Shown here: positions 1-13,459 of the stretch, piece by piece | Numbering within the stretch: the stretch's first letter is position 1 | Layout: every line of letters starts with the position of its first letter | Assembly: GCF_001194135.2 (NCBI RefSeq) | Contig: NC_068985.1 | Span: forward strand, 22,238,632 to 22,302,631 | From: Octopus bimaculoides | Lineage: Eukaryota | Direction: 5' to 3' | Length of the DNA stretch: 64,000 bases | The notes under the pieces: generated by a model | Databases searched by the model: none | What the model saw: the letters and a program-made list of their open reading frames with translations, nothing else | What the model was told of the DNA's origin: nothing | Made by a program: the position numbers and the translations under genes

Positions 1-99
1 TTATTAATTTAAGTTTTCTTTCGTGTATCTCAACGCTTTAAATAAAAATCATTTTCCGAATTTCTGTAGTATATAGTTCCTTCCAAGCAAAACCACAAC

Positions 100-215
100 A
101 AAAGCAGCCAATAAGTACTAGGCTTACAAAGAATAAGTCCTGGGGTTGATTTGCTTGACTAAAGGTGGTGCTCCAGCATGGCCGCAGTCAAATGATTGAA
201 ACAAGTAAAAGAGTA
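100..215 (+). mobile_element. SINE family A, 3' fragment
   Basis: ataagtactaggcttacaaagaataagtcctgggg...tccagcatggccgcagtcaaatgattgaaacaagtaaaagag matches the 3' end of the full copy at 28131-28514. Confidence 0.85.
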
Positions 216-3200
216 AAAAAAAGAAGAGTATGTGTGTGAAAAAGCACAAGATCATATTAAAATATCCATGGGAAACAAACTGATTAATTTACTGCACCTA
301 CACAGTCAGTCATATATCAAGCCACTTATTTTCCAAAGACAGAGTTGCACAAAGCTTGTAACATGTTTAATTTTTCAATTAATCTTTTTAAAGTAAAAAA
401 TTAAGCTCTTTTCATTTAACTTTATTACTTGCACAGAGAATTATGTGGCAGCAATTCTTCCAATTATCTTATAAGACAGCAAAACTGTCTGCCAAGGCCT
501 AATAACTAGCAACACTTAACTTATTACTAAAGGCTACGTGTCACAAATAAACAAGCATTAGTTTTGTGGAAAAAGTTTGATGACAAGACTGTCTCATTAT
601 ATGAGCAGTGACTGTATGTTCTTTTATGTGAATTATTGCTAATTAGAAGCTCCTTATAAGGAGCTAAATACTTTTGACTTTTGAAGACAACAAAATAGGT
701 CAATGGATTTCTACAGTGCTAAACTATTGCAATCAATTTAAAGGCTGGCATTATGTAGAGTGTACCAAATCCCATCCCACCCAAATGTGACATGCCATTT
801 GAACAGATCCACATTTGGAGGAAGTCAGAAAAATGTTTAATGAGAAAAAATAAAGTGTATTTTCATGAAGATTTAATCTCTCTGAATTTATAGAGTAAAA
901 TATTGCAGATAATGTATTTAATGTGCATATCATAAATAAAGATGGTATGATTAAATAGATTAACTTTCATATCATTGCCATCATTTTGTTCATTTTCCTG
1001 GAATGTAATAGATGTTGAAATGCAGTCAAATTCTATGTACTTTGAATATACATATTCCACTCTGTGTATCCCAACATTTCAAGTTTGATTTAACAACATC
1101 TGAGATCTTCTTTGGTTAACTCTATTACATGTGTTGCCTCCTACCAATGCAAGGCATTTCGTTTATCAGCATGCACTATTCCTTTTAATCATATGTCCTT
1201 AGGAAATGCCTTTAAATTTACTGATGCTCAACCTGTTTTACTAAGACAACACAGTTCATTCATTACATCATACTCAACTTATAAATTGCCAATCACTACA
1301 TATATTATACTTCCAATATCAGGTTGTCACAGCAACATGAATTACATTTCTTATACACATTGAATATTTCTGCCTTTTATATGAAGAAATGAAACTCTTA
1401 TCAAAAGTTAGTGTTTAGTGATTAGAAAGAGTATCCAAAGAGTACAATTAATAGTGCAATCAATGCACTGAAAATATCCATTAAAAAAAAACGTTAGCAA
1501 AGAAAAATTAATGTTAAACTATAAAAAGGTAAAGTTATTTCTTTAAAATCAATGGGTTCATGTCTTCTTGGCTTTAAAAATTCAGACATTACTAATTAAG
1601 TTCTTTATATTATTCAAATTACTTCATATTATTTCAATTTAATTTTGAAGAAAGCAAGATAAAAAAAACACATTAATGTCAATAATTAAACAAATCAATA
1701 AAGAGAAAATAGATTTTCCATTTCGCTGGTTTTCACATGTAAAATATATACTTTTATCATGAAAAGGGTGGTGAGTGGCAGACACCGTAGCATGTCAGAT
1801 TAAATGCTTTGGCATATTTAGTAACATATTTTTACATTTTAAGTTCATATCCTGCTGTGATTCATGTTCATCCTTCCAGAAATTCAATGACATAAATACT
1901 AGTCGAATAATGAGGACACTACTCAACTATTCCTCCCTCAAAATATGAGGCTTCTGTCTTTATTAAAAAAAATCAATATTTTTATTGGTAAATCATATTT
2001 GTTGCAATAGATATAAAATATAAATTAAATTTCCATTGATCTACAGGTTTGTTCCTAATTCAAAATTCTCATAGCATTTAACAGCCGATGAACTAATCCC
2101 TCACTAGATAGTCTATATGATGATGACATAACTGACTAAAAGATCAAACCAGAATAAAATAGCTCAAGGATACAAAACGATGTCCAAATCATTACACAAC
2201 CCTCAAAATCTCTAAGACATTGACTTTTACAGATCATTATTAAAGTTGGTTTTCCAAATGGCTATTCAACCAAATACTAGCTTAACTTTACTGATCAGAC
2301 AAGAACTGATATTTTTAGCACCATCTTACTGTAACACATACTGATCAATAACATAATATATAGTTGGCAACAGCCACTGTTAAGTTTTTAGATATCAGGT
2401 TTTTTAGTGCATGTGGATAATATTTTTTCCTTGGCAACACATCTTTATATTCTAAAACCAAATATAAATATGATTCCAATATAGAAATAGGTCGAGTAAT
2501 TGAATTTAAATACAAATTTAGAAGGTAGAAACTAAATTTGGTCTTTTAATTAAGACAATATATTATCAAATAACTTCTACTATATACTCTGCCAATAACA
2601 TTCTAAAGACGAACGAAAAGAGTAAAAGAAAAAGATGTCACAATATTTTAGAGAGATAGACATGTCACACCTATTTTGATCTTAGTGTTAAATATAGAGA
2701 AATCCTGCATGATAAAATACAAATAAAATATATAAATGAAAATACTAATTTGCATCTAAGATTTTCTTTACAAAGAAAAATTCTTAAAGACTATTTTCTG
2801 AATTATATGTAATTCTTTATTAATCGTTAGTTCAAAAAGAAAAGCAGAGACTTCCTTGAAAAACCCATGTCTTCAGTAACATTAAAAAGGACATGAATTA
2901 TAAAGAATTTCAGTCCCAAACAATTGTTATCACTGTTGCTGTATTTGGAAAAGTAAATCTGCCTCAGTTAGAAAAATAACTTCAAAGGTAGCACTGAAGC
3001 CAACTCTGTGGATTCCATAAATGATTTCTGCTGCTTTAAGTTTGTTAAGTTGGCATTACAGCCTAAGTTTCTTAAGGCTTTCTACCAGAAAACTACTTAT
3101 CAGAAATTTCCAGTTAAAAAAAAAGAAAGAAATATATTAATGTATCATGTGGTCTCGAGCAGTGTTCTGCAGCCTTTTTTCACTTGTGGTATACTTATAT

Positions 3201-4979
3201 TCTTTTCAAAATTGGGCAGTACACCTGAACTAAAAATATAAGTAAAAGTACAGGGAAAAATATTATATTCAGGTTACACAGTAGCACACCTGGTATCATC
3301 TCATGGCACACCAGTGCAGTGTGACATACCAGTTGCAGAGCTCTGGTCTAGAGGTTAGAAGAATCCCTGGTTTTCATGCAGATAGTCAAAGTTCAATTAT
3401 TGTTGTGGGAACAGTAATATTTTTTAAAACAGTGTTCTAGCTAGACCACAACCCAATATGAGTGAAACTTGTATGTTATTCAAAATATTTTTGAATATTG
3501 GTCACTAATATACCTGAGAGTTTATTAACAATAGATTTTGATAATTAAACCTGATTTTTGCTCTTTGTGTTTTCTACTTAATGCATTTACTCCAAATATT
3601 ATATTGACAAATACTATATACCATAAATTTTTAATTGCGTGTATAAATAGATACACCTTAGCATATGCGTATTTGTGTTATTAATACATAAGTATGATCT
3701 AAACTTAGGTTATTACAATGAATTACAATGACAAGAAAGGAGATGCACTAAATATCAAGAACAAATAATAAATCAATATCACCATGAAACAGAATTGCTC
3801 AATCTATACAACCAGATTATATAAAGAACAAGTTAACATTTAAATTCTCTTCAAGCTATATTTATTTACTGTTTGTATTAGAATCTTTAAAAATGCTCAT
3901 CAATTCCTGACACAAAAGCAACAACAAAAGGCATGCTATTAGAGAAATTATTTTCCATAGTTGCAAATCAAAATGTTCCCAACTACCAATTATTCACTAT
4001 CAAAACTTAAAAGTTCTAAAGTGAATATGAAGGTTATTGTTAATGAAAGCAAATCTCATTTCATTCTGCTAAAAACATTTAAGTTAGAACATTATCAGAA
4101 TGGTAACACAAAAGGAATCACGCACACACACACACACATATAATCCATCATACTCTATTTAAAAATGTTGTGATTTTTTTTTCATTGAATCACTACTCTT
4201 ATTCAGACACCTTTGGGTGGGTACAATATTGTTTGGTATTACTGAAACTATTCTAGTCAATGTTCTCACAATATTACAGAAAACTCTCCTTGTTTATTTA
4301 TGTTTTATTTTTGTGAAGTTTTGTGTTCTTTGTATGTCATGACATAGTATTTCCATTGTGATGTTATACAGTACAGTGTGTAATTATATATAATGGTTAT
4401 TTCTATTATTATAATGGATTTGTGCCAATATACAAAAAATCATCACTATTATTATTTCAATTACAAATACTATTTCATTATATCATTATTATGAAGATTA
4501 CAGATGTATAGACCTCTCAAGTAGCACCCAACTGTACATTATGATAGCAAGTAAAAAACCCAGGTACTACATGAAGTACTACCAAACACCTGGGGCCCTT
4601 CTACCCAGAATAGAGATTAACAAAAGGAAGACCTTTACTACTGCCACTCCTACAACCACATCAACAATAACAACAACAATATCAACAATAGCAGTAACCC
4701 CTCTGACAGCAACAATAGCTACAACAGACATTCCTAAAACAGCGAAGACCAACACCACAACCCAGAAGAACAGTAAAGGATAGAAAAATCACTATCCTAT
4801 AGGCATGGACCTCGTTACTGGAAGTTGAATATAACTTTTCTGGTGCATAAAGTCTACAAGAGTAACAAATTAAATAGGCAGCAGTGGTTACAGCATCATT
4901 AATAACTGGTAGGGGAATGCTCTGAAGAGGGGGATTTGAGTAGAATCAATAGGATTTAGCAAAGCAGTGAAAGAAAGAA

Positions 4980-7330
4980 AGAAGGAAAGAAGCTAGTGAG
5001 TAAATTAGAAGCAATTAGGAAATGCATTGCAACCAATGTACTTGCACTAAGAATGGCTGTCAACCATTTCTTCAATGTGAATCTCAAAGGTTGTGTTGTT
5101 AGATTTAAGGTGTGTGCTCTTAAACATGCAAGAACAAAAGTTGTTTGATGGACCCAGGTGACAAATTCACAGTTTGGTTTTTAACAGGCAGGGGCAAGCA
5201 CATAGTTTATTTGAGTCTCTTATGAATTGAGTCTCAATTCCATGTAGATGTATGTAGCTTTCCAACAGCGCCTTGCTCAGTGGCTCAGAGTGAGCAATGA
5301 AATGGAGACAGTAGTGGATTTTAATACCTACTTCAATAGCCTGCAGTAGCTCTTGAGCAGAAGAAATGGGTGAAATGTTGTGGAAATCCACTAACAGCAG
5401 TTGAAATGCAGTAGGTGGTTAAGTGGTTGTGTGAGTGACAAAGTGACTGGCTTGTATGAGCTGCCCTATGAACCTTATGTAAACATGCTAGACTTGTTCA
5501 TTAATGTCTTGACAATTGTCTACAATGACTGGCAGCAAAACCAAAGAATTCTCAGTTCTGTGAGCCAGCAAACAGTACTGCTGCTTAAGAAGAAAACATC
5601 ATAAATAATTTCTGACCAATAACTCCGTTTAATGCACAGTTTAAGATTTTGTCCAAGGTCTGCACAATCCCAACAAGACTCATAAATCATAGAAAATGTA
5701 ACAAATATGGCTTTGCTGAGCTCTTCTCAATTTATATCAACTAAAAACTTTTGATAGGATTAACCATCAACTATCTTCAATTTTGATCTCATTTTCAGAA
5801 GCTGGACCACTTTAATATATAGTAGTATTTACTTGGAGAGGTGAAACTAAATGGTTACCTATCAGAACCATTTCCTTTCACAAGCTCAATCCATCAAGGA
5901 TATCTTTGCTCATCTCTTCTGTATGTACTGACTCTAAAGCCATTGCTGCAGAGACTAAAAGCATTGAGAGGCAATTCTTTTAAAATTGAACATGAAAGAG
6001 ACATCTTGGTAGCACAAACTCAATCAATCAAGGGTATCCCCTCTCATCATTTCTGTACGTAATGACACTAAGAGGCATCTCTTTTGAAATGGAATGTGTA
6101 AGAGACATGTAAGTAAATGCTGATGTGACTATAATAGTGTCAAATACTGAGGTAGTTAACACCTTTGTAAAGGAAATGTGGAGCTGTGATGAACAAAAAT
6201 TAACCCAGACAAGTTGGTAAGCTTACATCTCAACACCTTGAAAGTAAGCACATGCCAGTGGGTAGTATCATAAAACACTTGAACAACTAACTTGATTACG
6301 TTGTTTGGAGCCTGATTGAATTCAGATTTTCAGAATGAGGTTATAAGATTAGCAGCCAATGTCATCCAGAAACAAACTCAGATGAAGCAATCACTGAAAG
6401 GTTAAATGGAGATGCTCAACGTATACATTGCTTCTATTATATATTACTGCCTGATTATCATGCTTTACCTCAGTTCTTATCCAGCCATATTGGAGCATCT
6501 TCTCTATCACTTCTTATGGAAGTGACATGTTTCACCAATTAGCTCTTTAAGACAGCTGCAATCTTGGGTCAAGCAAATACCAAGACTGGGCGCCAGGTAC
6601 GTGAAATGTTGTCAGGCAATGAAGCAATAGAACTTCCATATTAGAGAACTAGTATATAGAGAACTAGTAGTAATGCAGAGTGACAACATTCTTGGAGAAA
6701 TTCTGGGCATCAGTAAGACTCATTAAACTGAGGAGTTTTTTGGTCTAGGGATGAAGAAAAGTTCCAGAAACCTGGCAGTGCTACAAATGGATCATAAGAG
6801 ACTCAAATAAACTTATCAAAATGTATGCAGAATGTCAAGACCATTCTACACTCATTCATTTAGTGTTCTAGCAATTTTGATTTGTGGAGTTTTACCAAAC
6901 AGCTGTTGATGCATGAAGGACAAATTCAGCTATTGGTCAAGTATATTGTGAATGTCATCCCCTTGCCTTTCTTTGGTTGAGAAAGGTAGGCAACTTTCCT
7001 TTGTCTGGCAACTTGTGGTGCAAAAGGTTAACTGAAAGGTCTAAAAATAGATTTTCCCTTCAACCAAACCCTCAGCAATTTTTTCAAATTCCACTTGGAT
7101 AAGAAGGTGGAGCGTGGATAAAGTGGTGCTGTCCTCCAGTAAATTTGTTGGAAGGTGGGTGAATGTGGCAAACATGACCTGACTGAATGAGTTTATTCTC
7201 AGCATGCATCTGTAAGCCTCAAAATGATAGCTGGGAAAGTAGACCTAACCTTAATAATTAGGGTAACTCTGGATCTGTAAGGATCCTAGACTGGCCCAAG
7301 GTAGCACTCTGCCTCTCCAGAGATGATCAC
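4980..7330 (+). mobile_element. Degenerate L1/Tx1-clade LINE ORF2 (reverse transcriptase) remnant
   Basis: ORF fragments KVTGLYELPYEPY (cf. KxPGxDGLPxEFY) and NGYLSEPFPFTSSIHQGYLCSSLLYVLTLKPLL (cf. NGxxSxxFxxxRGxRQGCPLSPLLYxLxxEPL) occur in the expected order. Many stops and frameshifts; ends approximate. Confidence 0.75.
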
Positions 7331-7379
7331 AAATATAGAGATTGTATACAGTATTTTCTCTTGTTATTTTATTTCTTTC

Positions 7380-7411
<32 letters not shown>

Positions 7412-8294
7412 CAGTTTCATCTTTCTGATATCAGCGTAAACCCCAACATTTTTGTAATCTGTACCTATAAAGTACCCTTATCGATCCTCTTTGTATCAAT
7501 GCAAAAAAAAAAAAATCACTATCATCACTGTCATCATCATTATCCTCCTCATCATTATCCTCTTCATCATCACTATTACTAATTGCTTTTGTTCACGTCT
7601 GTTGACATGATCAGCTTTGCACATAACAGGAATATGTAAATATGATTACATGTACATTGTGAGATATTAGGTGGCGGTAGCGGTGGCGGTGGTGGTGGTG
7701 GTGGTGGTTGTGGTAGTGGAGTGGGTGTGGGAGAAGAGAAGAAAGAACTAATGAATGAGTGAAGGTTGTACCAGTTAATAGATTCCAGATTCTCAACAGA
7801 AATGTATCAGAAAATTGTCAGTCTACAGGTACACTACTTTAAGCTGAAAGATGGCAGAATCAGAAATACACCAAAGCAGAAAAATTATTGATTATTGTAT
7901 TATTTTTCTCCAATAATGTACTATACAAATCCATCTTGATTCTTGCAGTATGCAGCAGTATCCCATATTCAACTTTTGATTATTTTTTAAACTTATTTCC
8001 ATGAAAATAAAATTCAAATATTCTGTTAAATTATAGAATCCGTAAAAAATGAATTAGAAAATAGCAGTTTGATAATAGATTAACCCCTATATCTGTGTGC
8101 GTGCGTGCGTGCGTGCGTGCGTGTGTGTCTCTCTCTATTGATAGAAAAGACAACAAAAGAAAGAAAGAGACCTCGATATTATATAAATAGAGGAATTTAG
8201 CTGTAAAAATATGTGACAATTATTCGGTTTCCACTCCGGCATCTGAAACTCGGGGTTTTATCATGGCTACCGAATAATTGTCACATATTTTTAC

Positions 8295-8332
<38 letters not shown>

Positions 8333-8682
8333 ATTATCCTTATATATACATGGATTATTTCTGCAAATTTTAATGAGGTACCTCATAGAGAATATGTGTA
8401 AATGAATCAACTGAATTTTAATGAGGCAAATTAATATTTATCAATTAATATTGATAACTATTAATTAATATCAATTAATAATTTTAAACTCAGTTCACAG
8501 ACACTGTAGAGGCTAAGATGCCATATCTTTGGAAGGGGCATAGCCATCTGGCTAATAAGTTCAACTTCAGTGATTTCAGATTTGAACATGCTGTGCAAAT
8601 ATTTGGGTATTTTCTACTATAGCCTAGGGTTAACCAATGGTTTCAAAGCAGGATTGAAAGGCACAAACTATGCAGAGACGTG

Positions 8683-8683
<1 letters not shown>

Positions 8684-8740
<57 letters not shown>
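8684..8740. repeat. (TG)n microsatellite running into an assembly gap
   Basis: Direct reading. Confidence 0.97.
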
Positions 8741-8939
8741 NNNNNNNNNNNNNNNNNNNNNNNNNNNNNNNNNNNNNNNNNNNNNNNNNNNNNNNNNNNN
8801 NNNNNNNNNNNNNNNNNNNNNNNNNNNNNNNNNNNNNNNNNNNNNNNNNNNNNNNNNNNNNNNNNNNNNNNNNNNNNNNNNNNNNNNNNNNNNNNNNNNN
8901 NNNNNNNNNNNNNNNNNNNNNNNNNNNNNNNNNNNNNNN
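8741..8939. other. Assembly gap (N run)
   Basis: N run. Other gaps: 29143-29160, 41792-41867, 56833-57301, 62549-62621. Confidence 0.99.
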
Positions 8940-9384
8940 GAGTCTTCATGTCAAAAACATAACTCAGTGACTGAACAGACATTGATAGAATAAATACCCA
9001 GATTGAAATAATTTCAAGGGTCAATATAAATTCTAACATGAGATGATGACTAAAACTCTCCAAAGGTAAATGGCCACAGTCCAATGATTGAAATCAGTAA
9101 AAGAATAAAAGAATACTGCCTTAATAAAAAAAAAAAAAAACTAAATGTACTAAAATGATGTGGATTTTGATAGCTTGCTCATTCAAAGAATAATTATTAA
9201 AAAGCATAAAGTTTTATTGATTTCTTATGTAGGTCAAAAATTTGTAGAAGAAAGAAAGTAGAAACAAATTGAATTTGAAATATTGCTAATTTTAACAGCA
9301 ATTATTTATTATTTCTGACATAGGCTTAATTGTTTAGTATTACATTAAAAAGATTATTAGTAAGGTGTATAGCTTCTTGCAGCC

Positions 9385-9707
9385 TTGCGGGGCACCACAT
9401 TGAAGGGCTTTAGCCAAACAAAATCAACCCCAGTATTGAGATTTTTTTGAAGTCTAGTACTTACTCTATCAGTCTCTCTTGCCAAACTGCTAAGCTATAA
9501 GGATGTAAATAAACCAACACAGTTGTCAAGCAATGGATGGAGAGAGACACACACACATATACATAATGGACTTTTTTCAGTTTGTCTGCCAAATCAATGT
9601 ACAAGGCTTTGGTTAGCCTGGGTAAGACACTTACCCAAGGTGCCATGCAGTGAGACTGAACCCAAAACCATGTGGTTGGGAAGGAAACTTCTTACCACAC
9701 AGCCATG
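9385..9707 (-). mobile_element. SINE family A, degenerate
   Basis: Reverse-oriented tRNA-like head (ccacacagccatg), ttcagtttgtctgccaaatc body, (AC)n linker and gccaaactgctaag module, colinear with 44879-45273. Confidence 0.8.
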
Positions 9708-9921
9708 TCTGCTGTATATATAGGAAGAGATATTACTCAAAATAGCAGTAATAAAATCCATTTGTTCTAGCTATGCACAAGGCCATTTTTGAAGAGAAGA
9801 AAGTTGAATTAAATTAATTTAATATACTATTGTTACTTATTGTAAAACCTCTACACAGGAACAACAGGGAAAAAACTAAATATGGTAAAAACATTGACTT
9901 AAATGTTAATATTTTAACTAT

Positions 9922-10140
9922 TTCATAAGACAGCAAGCTGGCAGAATCATTAGCACACCAGCAAAATGCTTAGTTGCATTTCGCCCACCTTTGCGTTCTA
10001 GGTTCAAATTCCACAAAGGACAACTTTTCCTTTCATCCTTTCAGGGTCAATAAAATAAGTAACCAGTTGTGCACTCAAGGTGATGTAATTGGCTTACCCA
10101 CTCCCCTGAAATTGCTGGCCTTGTACCAAAATTTGAAACC
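9922..10140 (+). mobile_element. SINE family C with 14-bp target-site duplication
   Basis: Head gctggcagaatcattagc...ggttcaaattcc, central cctttcatcctttcagggtcaataaaataagta domain, flanked by exact aatattttaactat at 9908-9921 and 10141-10154. Confidence 0.88.
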
Positions 10141-10184
10141 AATATTTTAACTATCTCCACCACTCTTTGTACCAAATAATACTG

Positions 10185-10362
10185 ATTTCTAAGATAGCCC
10201 TTGATTTTGGGGGTAATGACCATTGTCGATTATATTGTCCCCTATACTTGATTAATACTGATCTTATGAATTCTGAATAGATGAAAAGCAAAGTTGTACC
10301 CAGGCAGGATTTGAACTCAAGACTTCTAAGTAGTTACCAGTCTACTAATTCTACCAATTAGT
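10185..10362 (-). mobile_element. SINE family C, degenerate, inverted relative to its neighbour
   Basis: gatgaaaagcaaagttg...ggatttgaactcaag is the reverse complement of the family C head and central domain. Confidence 0.6.
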
Positions 10363-11047
10363 CAATTTGTAACAAATACTATACTATTGATAATAAAATT
10401 AAAGTGGTGTTTTGAGAGAAATAAAGAACCACAGGACTTAATCAAGCTTAGCCTTCATCCATCCACTCTAGGTCAATAAATTAAGAAACATGGCTGATTC
10501 TACCTCTACAAAAGTGGCCTTGAGTCTATTCAAAAGAAATATTTATGTCAATGATTTGTCTGTATAAATATATAAAATGTATATGTTAATCTACTAATTC
10601 TAAGATAATTAGTAGAATTTATTAGTATTAATCTACAGAACTAATACATGTGCAGTTAACTCTCAACTTTGTTGAATAGAAAACCTAACAACACAGCCAA
10701 TCTATCTTCTGTTTTTACTGTACAGGTGATATGTTATATATTGCTACATTAGAACTGATACTCTTCATATCACAACATTACTGGTATAATTCATGTTGCT
10801 ACTACACAGATGGTACAGTTTATATCACTGCTTTACAACTGACACAAATTATATCACTACTACATGGTTAGTATACTTCTTACCATTGCTATGAGGTCAA
10901 CATATTGTGGTTATACTACTTTGATAAAGTACATTATAATTACACCTCAAAATTGGTACACACTTTATTTGTAAACTCTTCAACCGTGCACATGTATTTT
11001 AGAAGTATAGAGTTGAGAAATATATTGTATTTGTACAATATCATAGA

Positions 11048-11316
11048 TATACTTCAAAACTGTATTTAGCAATTTATATACTTCAAATCTATATTTCACA
11101 GTTGTTATACATCAAGCCTATTTTTTGCAGTTGGTATACTCCAAGCCCATATTTCACAGTTGATACAATTCACACCTATATTTCACAGCTAATATACTTC
11201 ATACCTCTATTTCAAAGTTATTATACTTCAAACCAATATTTCACAATTGAGATACTTCAATCTTGTATTTCACATGATATACTTCAAACCTGTATTTCAC
11301 AGCTGAAATACATCAT
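11048..11316. repeat. Degenerate 29-bp minisatellite, about 9 units
   Basis: Consecutive 29-nt units of consensus tatacttcaaacctatatttcacagttga; one unit is 27 nt. Confidence 0.85.
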
Positions 11317-11971
11317 ATATGTACCACACATTTGGTACATACTGTGGCATTTATATAAATAATATTTATTAAATGATATTCTTTACATACAGTGTATACT
11401 GTGTGTACTAAAATTGGATGTGCTAAACTTTAAAGTAAATATTATTTTATAAAATATAATTTTTATCTTCAATTATAGTTCATAAAATGTACAATACATA
11501 CAAAACTGCAGCACTCATACTTATAAAAGTTAGTAATTAAACTTAGAATATTATTTTCTAATCTAAAACTACGTAAGGCAATATCTAAACAAGCTTTGTA
11601 TTCAAATATTTTGAGAAATTATGGAGCACATTATATAGTAATGTCACTGAGTCAATGATGGAGCTTCTGTAAGGTTCTGCACTGGATAATGCAATCATAG
11701 ATTACCCTAAAAGAAGAGGAAGGTCACAACAAGAATACATCTAATCAGTGATCTTCTTAATCAGGACTTAAACAACATCAGCTCAGTATATAAATAGCAT
11801 ATCAGCAAAAGACTTAAGCATTTTTCTTGATTACTTTATCCTCTTCTTTTACCAAATTCCCATATATGTAGTTACTAAAAAAAAATCATTACTTCTTGTG
11901 CCATCTTATTATTATTAGAGAGTAAAATTGTCACACTTGAACAAGGATGATACTTCACATCTCTTCTGTCC

Positions 11972-12662
11972 TAGTATTCTGCAGATTTTTTGACAAGGTT
12001 TTGATTTGTTCTGCCCTAATTTCATTTGAGACTCTAATAGGAAAAAGAGAGCGAGGACAAGAGAAAAAGGCAGAAGAGAAGAGAGTATTGTATGAGAGGG
12101 TTGACAAAAACAGGGATGTGTTTTCGTCAACTTTCTCATGCAATATTCTCTTCTCTTCTTTCTGTCCTCAATATTTATAATTTTCTCCCATTTTTTGTAT
12201 TCAATGTTTTTTGTTTTTATTTATTTCTTTTTTAATTTCCATACTGACATAACATTAATTTGGTTCTATGTGGCACCTGTCCAACTATGCTTAGTATTGG
12301 CATAAAAACAGGCCAGTTGTGTTAAGATCACCTGCTTGGGTGACATTTGCTTTCCTATTTCAAGCCTACGTGCATTTTCTTAGTGCAAAAGAACAAAATT
12401 CAAGATAGAAAAGAAATAAAATGGAGATTTTAGCTGCAGCTATTAACTCAGTTGTTCTGATGTAACAAGCTGTTGAGAAATCATTTTCAATAGATTATTT
12501 CTATTACAGATTATTGAAGATCAAACCTATTTTCACCAAAACTAATTTATCAAAGACCAACTGGTTCAAATCTGAGCTACTCTCTCTTTCCTATTAAAGG
12601 CTCTACTGCAATTTGGATAAAACAAATCAAAGCCTTGTCAAAAAATCTGCAGAATATTAGAG
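11972..12662. mobile_element. Fold-back/MITE-like element with about 80-bp inverted arms and an internal palindrome
   Basis: tagtattctgcagattttttgacaaggttttgatttg...taatagg (11972-12051) is repeated inverted at 12580-12662. A separate hairpin with about 45-bp arms lies at 12053-12170. Confidence 0.6.
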
Positions 12663-12845
12663 AGGCAGGACAAAGATGTTTTTCTCAGCCTCTTTTGTCC
12701 AACGCCCCACTCCGATTTTCTATTTAAAAAAACAGCCCACCTCCCTATGAAAAAATATTGCATATAGGCATGCATGCCTGTATGTATATATTATCATTAT
12801 CATTTCAACATCCAATTTTCTAAGCTTACATGAGCTGGATTAACA

Positions 12846-13408
12846 TATAGACATGACAGACACACCACAAAACATCGTTTTATGTTTATTCTAACTTGTA
12901 AAGGTTTATATTTTTTTATTAATTGATATTTTTATGCTTCAGGTTCTATATGTGACTGTTTAATCATGCCATGTACAAAAGAAGTCTTGGAACTGTTTGA
13001 ATTTCAAAGAAGCCATATAGTGGGTCATTCTAAAGGTGGACATAGTCGGCATAAAATCGCAGAAAATCTCGGGATCATGCATTCTACAGATAATAGAGTG
13101 AGTGTGCAATTCACTAGAGAGGGGAAGGAGTTCACATCACCTTGCCCAGTTCAACCAGGGCCCTCTGACAGGACCCTTCTCTTTGTTAAGAGAAGTGTGG
13201 AGGATAATCCTTGTTGCAGGGCCTCTGACATAGAACAAGTTGATGTCAGTCCCAGAAGAGTTGTCAGGTACCTCCACAAACTTAGTTACTATGGCAAAGC
13301 AGCCAGAAGGAAGCCACTTCTTCAACAAGCCAATATCAAGTGGAGAAAAGATTGGACCAGTGAGATGGTTTATTCTAAGGGTGTCTATTTACTTCTGTCA
13401 TGTCTGTG
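12846..13408 (+). mobile_element. Internally deleted Tc1/mariner transposon encoding only the N-terminal DNA-binding region
   Basis: ORF 12966-13415 (LFEFQRSHIVG..GHSRHKIAENLG..ST..RV...YYGKAARRKPLL..ANIKWRKDW) has the Tc1 paired-like HTH and RxKPLL linker but no DDE domain. TIR core agacatgacaga/tctgtcatgtct; TA at the right end. Confidence 0.85.
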
Positions 13409-13459
13409 TATATAGACATATTTATGCATACCATATATGCTTATAAATATATATAATAG

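Noticed and set aside
2000-2452. Minus-strand short ORFs after ttttag acceptors (EYKDVLPRKKYYPH..., SVMSSSYRLSSEGLVHRLL...)
   Set aside because: Such acceptors and 25-35-codon frames are expected by chance in AT-rich DNA; no family match.
3114-3224. Minus-strand exon candidate behind a strong acceptor (GVLPNFEKNISIPQVKK...)
   Set aside because: With the six-T run counted correctly the frame stops after about 26 codons, and there is no recognisable homology or convincing donor.
4541-4783. 80-aa Thr-rich ORF as a mucin-like exon
   Set aside because: It derives from an (ACA)n-rich low-complexity tract with no splice sites.
8570-9084. ORFs of 96-138 aa, and similar ones at 17565-17813, 41729-41923, 56224-56643, 56801-57316 and 62380-62700
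   Set aside because: They are open only because they cross (TG)n tracts or N gaps.
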